Assembly: GCA_965644295.1 (NCBI GenBank)
Contig: CBFFRP010000390.1
Coordinates: 1-22,193 of the forward strand
Direction of reading: 5' to 3'
Origin: Paraphysomonas bandaiensis
Taxonomy: Eukaryota > Protista > Chrysophyceae
DNA length: 22,193 nt
In this document: piece by piece, positions 21,352 through 22,193 of the stretch
How the letters are laid out: the number at the start of each line of letters is the position of its first letter
Position numbering within the stretch: position 1 is the stretch's first letter
The notes under the pieces: model-generated
Database searches by the model: none
What the model was told of the DNA's origin: nothing
What the model saw: the letters and a program-made list of their open reading frames with translations, nothing else
Made by a program: the position numbers and the translations under genes

Positions 21352-22193
21352 ATGTCAACTTCTGTTATGGTAGCGGATGGTAGTTGCAGGGATGGGGAAG
21401 GGGTGATGACAAGAAGCTGCGGTTTGACAAGAACCAAGCAGACTATTCAGCGAGAAAAATCAAAGATGCATCTAATGAAGAGAAAAAACCGAAACCATCT
21501 TGGCTTGGCGGACCATGCCAATGGAGGAAGGAATTTAAGAGTCATGGAGAGAGCGTAATGATACCTGTGTTAGTACTATTTGGGAGGCTTGCGAGCATGA
21601 CCCTGATGTGTTGGAGGTAGCCAATCAATATTTGGAGGGGAAGGCAATTTTACCTGCTGATGATCCTGCTAAGGAGGTGTTATCCAGTGAGCTCCTTCAG
21701 ACACTGGTTGATAGGTTCAGAGGCGAGATTGGGACTGTATTGGAGAAGACTACGGCAGAATACCATTCGTTCAAAATAAGGCCGGGGAAAAGGTGTCTGT
21801 TGGGGTAGATCGACTGAACGGTATAATCCAGAAGCTCATAAAATTGGGACAACCGCAGACAGAGGCAAGTAAATTAGCAAAGATAAAAGCAGCGCTGCAG
21901 ATAGAGGAGATTACATGATTTATGGATGTCGGTAGCGATGATGCCTAAAGCAACAACTACATTTGATTCGGTGAAAGAGGCTTGTGAAGAGTATGACAGA
22001 GGGCCATGACGCAGCTGAAGAAACTAAAGGGAGACAAATCTGAAGAGATCAATTTTACGGCGTCGAAGGAGCCAGTGGTTTGTTCATTTTTGTCGGAAGA
22101 AGGGACATGTAGCAGCGAATTGTTATGCTAAGGAACGACAAAGAAAAATGGATAAGTTCAAAAGAAAAGGGAAGACAAAGGAAAAGGCTTCGA
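21352..22193 (+). mobile_element. Decayed Ty1/copia gag with CCHC zinc knuckle; runs off the window
   Basis: Frameshifted segments: KLRFDKNQADYSA..IKMHLMK, ELLQTLVDRFRGE...EYHSFKIRPG, VDRLNGIIQKL, and the knuckle C-x-FCRKKGHVAANC (22081-22123, one extra T) followed by a basic tail. Confidence 0.7.

Noticed and set aside
21261-21420. U1 snRNA gene
   Set aside because: Only the ACTTACCTG 9-mer matches; no U1 stem-loop I/II motifs or Sm site are recognisable downstream.

Overview
Eukaryotic genomic DNA with short GT-AG introns (about 45-160 nt); a protist, plausibly a stramenopile (inference). Host genes: a six-exon membrane-anchored alpha/beta-hydrolase (minus, 6531-9993) and a three-RRM ELAV/Hu-like RNA-binding protein (plus, 13128-14383). 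Between them lie two decayed genes: an intron-retaining prefoldin-5 pseudogene and a probable gamma-tubulin-complex (GCP/Spc97-98) relic. Transposon material fills both flanks: a Ty1/copia IN-RT fragment fused to a probable LTR (1-1495), a near-intact DUF7869/Sola-like DDD transposase with a palindrome-rich end (about 2190-5365), a pogo/CENP-B-like HTH relic and a decayed copia gag (21352 to the window end). The most notable structures are (i) a very homogeneous 188-bp tandem array that appears to have arisen inside the catalytic-domain coding region of a second, dead DUF7869-like transposase, and (ii) an unclassified short element present twice, one copy flanked by a 13-bp target-site duplication. 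All protein assignments come from manual translation and motif recognition; no searches were run.
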